Below, one piece after another: positions 10,030 to 19,220 of a stretch of 64,000 nucleotides of DNA. The first letter of the stretch is position 1. Each line of letters begins with the position of its first letter. Source of the DNA: Candidatus Marinacidobacterales bacterium (GTDB lineage Bacteria; Acidobacteriota; Vicinamibacteria; Marinacidobacterales; SMYC01); contig OZ250169.1 in the NCBI GenBank assembly GCA_965237955.1, positions 1,536,001-1,600,000 on the forward strand, written 5' to 3'. The notes beneath the pieces were generated by a model. It saw only the letters and a list, made by a program, of their open reading frames with translations. It was not told the DNA's origin and did not search any database. The translations under genes were made by a program, and so were the position numbers.

Positions 10030-11116
10030 TGCCTTGGTGCACAACTCCGATAGAGGCCGATAGCTCGCTTGGCCCCGACTCCCATCATCCGATCATCTCG
10101 CTATCAGGCATCCCGAGCGCCGTCATCGTGTTGAGAATCTTGCACCCGATCCTTGCCTCGACTCTCTGTGCCGCCAACCCTCTCGCTCGCATCGCTGAGC
10201 CCACGATAGCCTTGTAGCGATGGAACGTTGTCTCGACTTTGCTCCGTTTGCTGTAGCCCGATTCTGTGTGCCACTTTCGTTTGCCGAGCCGAGCTTGTGC
10301 TGCAATGTTGCGATTGCGCTGTCGGCTGCTCGCCGGCCCCGATGCGAGCTGGGCGCCCTTGCGCGGCGGTATCAGCACCCTCGGTGAGCAATGAGCGCTG
10401 TGATTCTCGATTGCCTCATAGACACCGCCGGCGTCGTATGCGGTGTCAGCTCTAGCCGATGAGATGGGACTGTCGATCTGTCCGACAAGCGATGCAACCC
10501 GCGATGAATCGCGGGCTCTTTTGCTCGTCAGCTCGCCGGCGACGACTTCGCCACTCTGCTCGTCGACACACAGATGGAGCTTGCGATAGTCCCTGCTCTT
10601 TGGTGCTCTGCGCAGCTGGCCGGCGTGGACAGCGAGACCGCTGCTGTCGATCAAGATGTGCAACGGCGTCTTCTGCTTGTCTTGGTAGAAGGGGACCTTA
10701 CCCAGCTTCGCCTTGCGCCTCGAGATCGTGGTGTGATCGGGCACATCATTGTCTAGCTTCATCAGAGCGAACAACGATCGCAGCAATCCCTCGCTCTGCC
10801 TAGATGACAGATGAAACACCATGCCCAGGGTGACAGCCGTCTCGATGGCGTGGTTCGAGTACTTGCGTTGACGGCCCGGTTTCCTCCTCCTCGGCCGGGG
10901 CGCGTCCCAGTTCACAAGCTTGCCGGCGGTGAGCGAGATCCAGACGGTCAGGCTCCCACGGTTGCGTAGACCCGCCTCATATTCACGCCAATTCCTCACG
11001 CGATAGGCCTTCTTCACATACTTCCGCTGAGTGCGTTTGAAAATGCTCATGGGGAACCTCGAATCCGTGAGTAAAGGACAATTGTGGACCGAGATCGCGA
11101 GTTGTGCACCAAGGCA
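10030..11116 (-). mobile_element. IS5 family (IS903-like) element, copy 1, 1087 bp
   Basis: 18-bp TIR TGCCTTGGTGCACAACTC at both ends; no target duplication. Confidence 0.93.
10085..11050 (-). CDS. IS5-family DDE transposase
   Basis: YRVRNWREYEAGLRNRGSLTVW, PDHTTISRR, IDSSG, ADTAYD, YSKRSKVETTFHRYK. Confidence 0.93.
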   Translation of the reverse strand: MSIFKRTQRKYVKKAYRVRNWREYEAGLRNRGSLTVWISLTAGKLVNWDAPRPRRRKPGRQRKYSNHAIETAVTLGMVFHLSSRQSEGLLRSLFALMKLDNDVPDHTTISRRKAKLGKVPFYQDKQKTPLHILIDSSGLAVHAGQLRRAPKSRDYRKLHLCVDEQSGEVVAGELTSKRARDSSRVASLVGQIDSPISSARADTAYDAGGVYEAIENHSAHCSPRVLIPPRKGAQLASGPASSRQRNRNIAAQARLGKRKWHTESGYSKRSKVETTFHRYKAIVGSAMRARGLAAQRVEARIGCKILNTMTALGMPDSEMIG

Positions 11117-11346
11117 CCAGGCAGGTGCGTGTGCATCGTCGACTTCTGCCCCGCGGGGCGACGTGTCCGGATGACCCTCACGAGGTCGTTCTCGAACTCG
11201 ACCGTGTTGATGTCCGGTTCCACATCCACGGCGTTGAGCGAGGTCGGCACCATCGCTCTTTCGGTAGACTCCGTCGGCGCAGGCTCTTCGGCAGGCTGGC
11301 AGCCGACGACGCCCGCGAGCACGATGAAAATCAAGACGCTTCTCAC
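11117..11346 (-). pseudogene. lipoprotein with cupin-like start, truncated by IS5
   Basis: Lipobox VVGC; FENDLVRV...MHTH is cut at the IS TIR. Confidence 0.6.
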
Positions 11347-11530
11347 GTTCCCACCTCCAATTCAAGGATGTATTTACCACTACATCTTCACCGTCTCTAA
11401 TCGCGCACGGCGCTATCCGTTCTGACGACCATCGACGCGCCATTACCGTAACGCTCCGTCAGGTGTCCCGTCGAAAACTCGACGGAACACCAACCGCCGG
11501 CAGTCGGAGTTTCTGGTACGCTTTCTCGCG

Positions 11531-12631
11531 ATGGATATTCGGCCGGTTTCGGCAGAAGGTAGAACCCTGGGCGGTTTGGATTTTTTCTGGCTCTGGGCCG
11601 GGGTGGCCATCTCGCTGGCATAAATTTGGGCCGGCGGGTTTCTTGCACCGATGGGTTTCTGGCTTGCGTTTTGGGCCATCATCCTCGGACACGTCTTCGG
11701 CAACACGCTCATGGCGCTCGGCGGCGTCATCGGCTCGGATCACGGGATACCGGCGATGGTCTCGGTGCGGCCGTCGTTCGGTGTTCGCGGCTCCAACTTC
11801 GCGTCGATTCTGAATGTCGTGCAGCTCGTGTGTTGGGCGTCGATCATGCTGATCATCGGTGGCCGCGCGGGCGCGATGCTCGGCGAGCCGATGGGAGGCA
11901 TCCTCGCGTCGAATCGCTTCTGGATCGTGTGTATCGGTGCGGGGACGCTCGGCTGGGCTCTTTTCACCGGGCGGAGGGTGTGGAAAGTTCTCCAGGCGGT
12001 CGCGGTCATCGGTTTGCTCGCCGTTATCTCGATTCTGAGCTTCGAGACCTACCAGTCGTTCATCGACAGTCCGGACGCGCTTCGACCACGCCCTGGCGCG
12101 ATGCCATCCATGCCATTCATGACCGGTCTCGACCTCGTGATCGCGATGCCGATATCGTGGCTGCCGCTGGTCGCGGACTACTCGCGGTTTGCACGTCGAG
12201 GGGCCGGCGCTTTCTGGAGTACATGGTGGGGCTATTTCCTAGTATCGTCGTGGATGTTCGTCCTCGGCCTGATGGCGACGCTCGTCACCGGAATCGTTTC
12301 GATCCTCATCGCGCTCGTGTTCCCGATGGAGCGCTATGAGAGCTTTCTCTATTTCATCGGAGCGATGTTCGTACCGCTCTTCGGCATCGTGCTGACGGAC
12401 TACTTCCTCGTTCGAAAACGCGATTTGGACGTGAACGAGCTCTACAAAACGCGCGGATCGTACTGGTACTCCAACGGGTTCAACGTCACCGCCTTGATCG
12501 CATGGGTTGCCGGTTTCGCCACCTACAAGCTTATCGAGACGCTCCAATACCCCATCGGCGCCTCGCTACCTTCCATCGTCGTGTCGGCGGTCCTTTATTA
12601 TTGTTGCACCCTCGCGCGACCCCGCCCTTGA
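11531..12631 (+). pseudogene. cytX: NCS1/CytX-like hydroxymethylpyrimidine or purine-cytosine permease with premature stop
   Basis: MDIRPV..LWAGVAISLA*IWAGG with TAA at 11621; SWLPLVADYSRF; appears shortened near 12290. Confidence 0.75.
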
Positions 12632-12750
12632 GCGCGCACAAGACCCGCAGTTTTTACGCTATAATCAACTTGACTGGTCCTTTCATTTGACATCTTTCCA
12701 CTGAACACACCAAGGCAATACCACCGCACACAAACTCGACTGGGAGCTCC

Positions 12751-14160
12751 ATGAGTACCACTGTGACATCCAACAACACCTTTAGAGAGTTCGACTTATC
12801 CGAAGCAACCCTCCATTCTCTCGACGAAATGGGCTACGAGCATCCGACCGCCGTGCAGCAGGAGACCATCCCGCTCGGCCTTTCGGGAAAAGACCTCGTC
12901 GTTCAATCCCGCACCGGCACCGGCAAGACGGCCGCGTTCGGGATTCCCATCGTCGAGAAGATCGACGCCGACGAGCCCGTCGTCCAAGCAATCGTGCTGG
13001 CGCCCACGCGAGAGCTCACCGCGCAAGTCTGTGAAGAGCTTGGCCGCATCGGCTCGGGTCGCGGTCTGCGCGTGCAAGCAATCTACGGCGGCGATTCGAT
13101 CGGAAAACAGATCGACGGCATCCGCGGCGGCGCTCAAATCGTCGTGGGGACGCCCGGGCGGGTCCTCGACCTGCTGAAGCGTGGCGAGTTGAAGCTCGAC
13201 CGCGTGAACACGCTCGTCCTCGACGAAGCCGACAAGATGCTCGACATGGGCTTCGCCCAGGAGATGAGCGAGATCATGAAGTTCATCCCCGCCGAGCGGC
13301 ACACGTGTTTGTTCTCGGCGACCGTTCCTCTTGGAATCTGCGGGCTCATCCACAACTACTTGAAGGACCCGACCTGGGTGTCGCTGTCCGAAGACTTCGC
13401 TTACGTTCGCGAAGTGCGGCACACCTACATCATCGCTCCGGCGGCGCACAAAGAGCGGGTCCTCTACAAGGTCATCGAGCTCGACCAGCCCACATCGTCG
13501 ATGATCTTCTGCAACACGCGCAGCGAAGTCCGCTCGGTATCCGCGTTTCTCGCTCGTCAAGGTCTGCCGGTCGCGATGATCTCGAGTGATTTGACGCAGC
13601 AAAAACGCGAGCAGGTCATGGCCGGCTTCCGCACCGGCAAGATTCGACATCTCGTCGCCACCGACGTCGCCGCTCGCGGGATCGATATCGACGAGCTCTC
13701 CCACGTTTTCATCTATTCGACCCCGGATTCGCCGGAGGACTACATCCATCGGGCCGGGAGAACCGGTCGTGTTGGCCGCGCAGGCGACGTCGTCTCGTTG
13801 GTTGCAGCGCTGGATCTCGTGAACTTCAACCGGCTCGCGAATCGGTACGAGCTCGAGCTCATCGAAAGAGAGATTCCCTCCGACGAGGAGATCATCAAAC
13901 ACCGCGACCAGCGACTCGTTGCACAACTTCTCGCCGAAGCCAAAGAGGTTTCACCGGAGGAGCGCGAAAGCCTGGACGAGTTCGTCTCCGGGCTCCTGAG
14001 TCACGACGACGCGAAGACGATCGTCTCCTACCTAGTGCACCGCCGCCTCGCGGAAGCACCGAAAGACGCCGACAAAGAAGAATCGACAACCGAAGAGCGC
14101 GCGCCAAAGAACCCCGAGCGCAAACGCCGCCGTCGTCCGCGCCGCCCACGCCGCGATTAG
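12751..14160 (+). CDS. DEAD-box RNA helicase
   Basis: Q motif, SRTGTGKT, PTREL, DEAD, SAT, HRAGRTGR. Confidence 0.95.
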   Translation: MSTTVTSNNTFREFDLSEATLHSLDEMGYEHPTAVQQETIPLGLSGKDLVVQSRTGTGKTAAFGIPIVEKIDADEPVVQAIVLAPTRELTAQVCEELGRIGSGRGLRVQAIYGGDSIGKQIDGIRGGAQIVVGTPGRVLDLLKRGELKLDRVNTLVLDEADKMLDMGFAQEMSEIMKFIPAERHTCLFSATVPLGICGLIHNYLKDPTWVSLSEDFAYVREVRHTYIIAPAAHKERVLYKVIELDQPTSSMIFCNTRSEVRSVSAFLARQGLPVAMISSDLTQQKREQVMAGFRTGKIRHLVATDVAARGIDIDELSHVFIYSTPDSPEDYIHRAGRTGRVGRAGDVVSLVAALDLVNFNRLANRYELELIEREIPSDEEIIKHRDQRLVAQLLAEAKEVSPEERESLDEFVSGLLSHDDAKTIVSYLVHRRLAEAPKDADKEESTTEERAPKNPERKRRRRPRRPRRD

Positions 14161-14163
14161 CGC

Positions 14164-15747
14164 CTACGGGACGAGCTCGAACACAGTCTCGTTCTCGGTT
14201 CGATAGATCCGGTTCAAGCCGGGCTCGGCGGTCATGCCCTCCTCCATCCGCGCGGCGCGCACTCGCAGGTAACGGTCGCGGTGCAAGATCACATAGCGAA
14301 AACCTAGCCGGCGCAAGAGCGCGACGCCGTCGGCATCGGGAAAGGTCTTCATCGACTCCGCGATCTCTGCATAGACCGGCGGAACGACGGTGGCGTAACC
14401 GTTCGCGAGCGGCTGGTAGTGCACCGTCGACCAGTACAGGTAGACGGCGTTGTCGCGTTGTCGTTTGACCGGCGGTAGCGGCATCTCGACGATGGGTACC
14501 CGCCCCTCTTCCTCGGCAAGCCACCGGTAGACCTCTGGAACCTCCGGAGCTTTGGCGTACGGGATCGGACCGCCGAACGACTCGACCAGCGGGAAGACGA
14601 TGAAAAGTGGAGCGAGGATTTTCGCTGGAAACCGACGGAACAAGACCGCGGCTCCTTGCGCCGCGAGAATCGCGACCGCGAACAACACGTAGATCGATAT
14701 TCTCGGAGGCACGCGCACGCCGCTAAGGCCTGGAACGAGCGCGTGCAACCAGCGGTAGAGCCCCCATGCGGGGCCGAGACTCGCCCATAGCGCTAGGGCG
14801 CCAATCAAGAGAAACAAGGCCGTTGAGCGATTCAGCCTGAAGATCGCAACAGCGCTCAAGCCGAGTGCCAACAATCCGGGGAAGAGTGTGCGCTCGGGTG
14901 ACGGCGGCTTCAGCCCGACGGACTGATGGAGATGCGAACCTGAGCGCAGGTAATCCGTCGGCCGTGCCGAAGCGCGTTGCAAGCGGTGGAGCGGCCGCTC
15001 GAGCCGGAAGCTGTCGCCCATGCGCATGAACGGCAGCGCGAGCGGCAAAAACGCGAGGCCCGACAACGTGAGCGCAAGGCCGAGGCCGACCACGCGCTTT
15101 TTCTGTCGGAGCGCACTCGTACGCCACAGCTCGTAAGGGATCGCAAAGCCGAGGAGCACCCACGTGAACATGCCGTAGTAGGCGGACGACGCGGACACGA
15201 GCCAGAGGAACACCGCGATACCGACCGCGTGACGCGTGCGTCCTTCTTCCAGAAACCGGCGCAGACACAAATACAAAAGCGGAATGTAGCCGGCGGCCTG
15301 CAGTTGAACGTGCTCGAGGTGATTCAACCGGTAAGCGGCGAACGCAAACACGCTTCCGGCGACCGCACCGGCAGCGCGTGAGCCGGTCACGTACCAGCCG
15401 AGCCGATAGGCACCGTAGCCCGAGATAGCGATCGACAACAGCATGGCGACGTTGAGGGTGAGCAGTGCGTCGCCAAAGATCCATTGGAGCGGCGCGAGCG
15501 GCACCGCGAGGCCGATCATGGGGTCGGTGTATGCAAGGGTTCCCTTTTCAGGATAGAAACGATTGGAGTCGAACAGATGAACCGGATCGCGCGGTAGCTG
15601 GTGTGCGACCCAAGCGAGCGCCCACGCGTCCAACAACGGATCGGAGTGGTCCGTCGTCGCCGTCCGGATGTCGCGTGCCAGGGGATAGGTGAAGACAGCG
15701 GCGCCCGCCAGGTAGAGGACGAACACGATGATTTCGCAACCGCGCAT
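14164..15747 (-). CDS. polytopic membrane protein, YfhO-like / GT-C glycosyltransferase-like
   Basis: DPLLDAWALAW, FYPEKGTLAY, many TM helices, PLANGY tail. Confidence 0.7.
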   Translation of the reverse strand: MRGCEIIVFVLYLAGAAVFTYPLARDIRTATTDHSDPLLDAWALAWVAHQLPRDPVHLFDSNRFYPEKGTLAYTDPMIGLAVPLAPLQWIFGDALLTLNVAMLLSIAISGYGAYRLGWYVTGSRAAGAVAGSVFAFAAYRLNHLEHVQLQAAGYIPLLYLCLRRFLEEGRTRHAVGIAVFLWLVSASSAYYGMFTWVLLGFAIPYELWRTSALRQKKRVVGLGLALTLSGLAFLPLALPFMRMGDSFRLERPLHRLQRASARPTDYLRSGSHLHQSVGLKPPSPERTLFPGLLALGLSAVAIFRLNRSTALFLLIGALALWASLGPAWGLYRWLHALVPGLSGVRVPPRISIYVLFAVAILAAQGAAVLFRRFPAKILAPLFIVFPLVESFGGPIPYAKAPEVPEVYRWLAEEEGRVPIVEMPLPPVKRQRDNAVYLYWSTVHYQPLANGYATVVPPVYAEIAESMKTFPDADGVALLRRLGFRYVILHRDRYLRVRAARMEEGMTAEPGLNRIYRTENETVFELVP

Positions 15748-15803
15748 GTATCGGCACGGCATTATCGGTCGTCTCGGAGCCCGAGACAACTTAGAATACC
15801 GCC

Positions 15804-17471
15804 GTGATATGTCGACGAACCGCGCTCGCGCTCATCGCCCTGCTCACGACGACATGTGCTCGGGAAGAGCCGAAGCCACTCGTGGTGATGATCGCCGTCG
15901 ATGGCGCCACACCCGAAACGATCACCGAGCTTCGCGCACACGGCAAGCTTCCCGAGATCGATCGTCTCATCCGTCGAGGAACGTGGGGCCCTATGGAATC
16001 GCTCGCGGCCCGGCGACGATTGAGGCCGCGGCCGCGACGAGGCTACTGGTCACCCATCGTGTGGGCGTCCATGGCGACGGGTAAAGTGCCGGACAAGCAC
16101 GGCATCGTCGACTTCCTGCTTCCGGTACCGGGAACGTCGTTCGCATGGATCGGCTCGGACGTTGGACCGCCCGAGGCCACCCTCCACGTCCCCGAGCTCG
16201 TCGGCCCACCGCCCCATGAGTTGCACCTGAGACTACGCAGCTACGCGCCAAACGGGGTCCAGGACGTCGCAGTCACGATGAACGGCAACGCGCTCGGCGC
16301 GGTGGAGGTCGGAGTGGAGTTTCTAGACTTCGTGCTCCCGATTCCCCCGGATGCTACGCGGCCTGCTCAGAACACGATCGCGCTCGCGTTCGAGCGACAA
16401 TCGCGTCCGTCGGACCATGGTCCGTCGAACGACCATCGCATGCTCGCGGGCGCGCTCGCGTCGCTACGCGTCACCGCTTCCAACGAAGCCCCGGTGGTGG
16501 AGTTCGATCCCATCTACGATCGGTTCGCGCTCGTCGGCGGGTTTCACCAGCCGGAAGCCAAGGTCGTCGAGGCAGGAAGCGGGCACATGCGCGCGCAACC
16601 GGTGTGGAGTCTTTTGGGCCAGCTCGGTCACCCCGTGGGCGTCGTGGGGTATTGGAATACGTGGCCCGCGTACGAAGTCAACGGGTTTCTCGTCAGCTCC
16701 CACATGGGCGTTCGGGGGAAACGTCAAGGCATCGATACCCAGCTGACGTGGCCGCCCGAGCTCGTGGACGACGTCGAAGCGCTCGCGCCCGATGAAGCGG
16801 CGATGGAGCGACTCACGAGAGAGCTCTACCCGGCGTCGTGCACGCCGCTCGAGGCGAAGAGCCTCGCGAGCTTCGAGCGCATTTTGTGGCAGGACGCTTT
16901 CTATTTTCGGATTGCACGCAACCTGCTTCCGACGATGGAGCACGGCTTTTTCACCGTCTATTTCGAATCGGTCGATGCGAGCGGTCATCTCTTCTTGCCG
17001 CTGAGCTACGGTGCCGAGCTAGCCCCTGGTTGTCCCGAATCGGTCAGAGAGGTCGTCGACAAGACGTACATGCAGATCGACAAGTGGGTGGGCGAGCTCG
17101 TGCGCGAGCTTCCCGAGCACGCGATCGTGATGCTGGTCTCCGATCACGGCATGGCACCGGGAGGCGATCGCGGACTGCATGCGCCCTTCGGCGTCTTCCT
17201 CGCAGCCGGCGCAGGCTTTCGTCGAGGTGGGCAAACGCGCGGCATGACGATTCTCGATGTCGCGCCCACGGTGTTGCACGCGCTCGGCGAGCCCGTTCCT
17301 CTCGACATGGACGGCAAAGTGGGCGCGTCGAGCTTCGAGGCCGCGTGGCTCGAAGCAAATCCTCCCCGCTATGTCGACGCGGATACGTCGCTCCTCCCCC
17401 TCACCGCTCCGACGGGAGAGGTCTCGGAAGAAATGCTCGAGCGGCTACGCTCTCTAGGTTACCTGGAGTAG
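15804..17471 (+). CDS. alkaline phosphatase superfamily / type I phosphodiesterase lipoprotein
   Basis: IAVDGA, SPIVWASMATG, SDHG, LDVAPT, ERLRSLGYLE tail. Confidence 0.85.
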   Translation: MICRRTALALIALLTTTCAREEPKPLVVMIAVDGATPETITELRAHGKLPEIDRLIRRGTWGPMESLAARRRLRPRPRRGYWSPIVWASMATGKVPDKHGIVDFLLPVPGTSFAWIGSDVGPPEATLHVPELVGPPPHELHLRLRSYAPNGVQDVAVTMNGNALGAVEVGVEFLDFVLPIPPDATRPAQNTIALAFERQSRPSDHGPSNDHRMLAGALASLRVTASNEAPVVEFDPIYDRFALVGGFHQPEAKVVEAGSGHMRAQPVWSLLGQLGHPVGVVGYWNTWPAYEVNGFLVSSHMGVRGKRQGIDTQLTWPPELVDDVEALAPDEAAMERLTRELYPASCTPLEAKSLASFERILWQDAFYFRIARNLLPTMEHGFFTVYFESVDASGHLFLPLSYGAELAPGCPESVREVVDKTYMQIDKWVGELVRELPEHAIVMLVSDHGMAPGGDRGLHAPFGVFLAAGAGFRRGGQTRGMTILDVAPTVLHALGEPVPLDMDGKVGASSFEAAWLEANPPRYVDADTSLLPLTAPTGEVSEEMLERLRSLGYLE

Positions 17472-17542
17472 CAAATCCCTCTCCCCCTTGGGGCAGAGGT
17501 TATTGTGAAGTAGACTGCCTCGGCGTTTCCGAGAGGCTCGAC

Positions 17543-18290
17543 ATGAAACCAATCCTTTTCTTCGCGGCTGCGTTCGCCGTTGCGTTCGCAGCGACGGCTC
17601 AAAACGTCTCCACCGACCACTACCAGGAGTTGAAGTACCGGCACATCGGACCCGTCGGCAATCGGATCGCGTCCGTGGCCGGTGTGCCCGACGATCCACT
17701 GACGTATTACGCCGGCGCCGCCACCGGCGGCATTTGGAAGTCCGTGGATGGCGGCGAGTACTGGAAGCCGATCTTCGACGGCCAGCCCGACCACGCGATC
17801 GGCGCGCTCGCGGTGGCGCCGTCGGATCCGCAGATCGTTTGGGCGGGCACGGGCGAGCCCCACCTCCGCTCGAACGTTTCCATTGGCAGCGGCGTCTACA
17901 AATCCACCGACGGTGGTGAGACGTGGCAAGAGATGAACATGAAGTGGCCGAGCCGCACGGCCCGCATCGTCATCCACCCGACCAATCCCGACATCGTCTT
18001 CGTCGCGGCGCTCGGGCATCGTCACGGCCCGCAAAAAGAGCGCGGCATCTTCAGAACGCTCGACGGTGGCACGACGTGGAAACACGTTCTCGCAGTCGAC
18101 GAGAACACGGGAGCGTCGAGTCTCGAAATGGATCCGAACAACCCGCGCATTCTCTACGCGGGCATGTGGGAAGTCGTGATCCACACGTGGGGCCGAGAAA
18201 GCGGCGGCGAAGGGAGCGGGATCCACAAGTCCAAGGACGGGGGTGAGACTTGGACCGAGCTCGAGGGCAACGGCCTTCCCGAGCTGACAA
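17543..18290 (+). pseudogene. BNR/VPS10-like glycosyl hydrolase N-terminal fragment
   Basis: Signal peptide; YRHIGP..NRI; repeated SxDGGxTW Asp-boxes; ends abruptly in transposase sequence. Confidence 0.8.
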
Positions 18291-18905
18291 CCGGCATCCG
18301 AATCTACCTCCAAGCCGTCATCGACAATTTCAGTCGAAGGATTCTCGCTTGGCGGGTGAGCGAGAAGCTGAGCTCCGCGACAACGCGCGAGCTGCTCATC
18401 GAGGCCTCAGAGGACCTCCCTGACGCCGCAGCGAACGCAGGCGTGCTTGTCGTCAACCGACGGCGGTGCGGAGAATTTCGGCGAGGTAGATCAGCTTCTC
18501 GAGGATTCAAGTTCTCTCAGTCGTGTGCTCGCGCAAATCGACATTGTCTGCTCGAACTCTTTGATCGAAGCGTTTTGGCGACAATTGAAGCACACTTGGC
18601 TCTTCCTGAACACCCTCGACAGTACGGCGGCGGTGCGGCGTCTCGTCGCCTTCTACGTCGGTGAGCACAATGAAAAGGTCCCGCGCGCTCTTCTCGGCGC
18701 TCGTACACCAGACGAGGTGTACTTCGGCCGGGAGGAGAATCTGCGAGAGCGCCTCTCCGAGCAACGCAAGAGAGCGCAGCGGGTCAGAAGCGCGGCGAAT
18801 CGAGCAGCGAGTTGCTATCGCTGCGAATCTTCACGCGCGGGTCCCGCTGTGCGGATTGTTACCAGACCACAGGCTCGTCGAAGACCTGCTCGCAATTGTC
18901 CATGA
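18290..18905 (+). mobile_element. rve integrase-core (IS3/IS481-like) transposase 3' remnant, frameshifted
   Basis: YLQAVIDNFSRRILAW; TDGGAEN; NSLIEAFWRQLK; TPDEVYFG. Confidence 0.75.
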
Positions 18906-18949
18906 GGTCTGTGTGAGCAGCACCGCTGCGAGGGAACGGGAGCCGAACG

Positions 18950-19072
18950 GGAATCCGGCTCGACAAAGTTGACAACTTCGATGTCGCACCGACGATCACC
19001 TACCTGCTCGACCTGCAGATGAGCACCTTGAGCGGCAGAGTTCCTTTGGAAGCGTTGATCGATCCACCGTGA
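18950..19072 (+). pseudogene. phosphodiesterase/AlkP C-terminal fragment
   Basis: GIRLDKVDNFDVAPTITYLL...GRVPLEAL*. Confidence 0.5.
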
Positions 19073-19220
19073 GTCCTCGACGATCGGGAAGCCACGCGAA
19101 CACTTCCATCGGACAGCCTTCCGGATCGCTGAACCGAACGGAACGAACCGGCTTTACACTGGAGTTCTTGCACCGAGCACGTTTGCGTCGAGGGGTGACT
19201 CCAGGTCCACGGAGGAAGCG

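Noticed and set aside
10085-11443. 452-aa and 429-aa (25484-26773) extended transposase ORFs
   Set aside because: The extensions run through the TIR into flanking DNA and differ between copies; the shared start is MSIFKRTQ
11350-11530. TPP riboswitch upstream of the cytX-like gene
   Set aside because: No CUGAGA or AGCGUAGGGA-type core motifs visible
16838-17542. N-terminal part of the 608-aa ORF
   Set aside because: Out-of-frame overlap with the phosphodiesterase gene; the real start with signal peptide is at 17543
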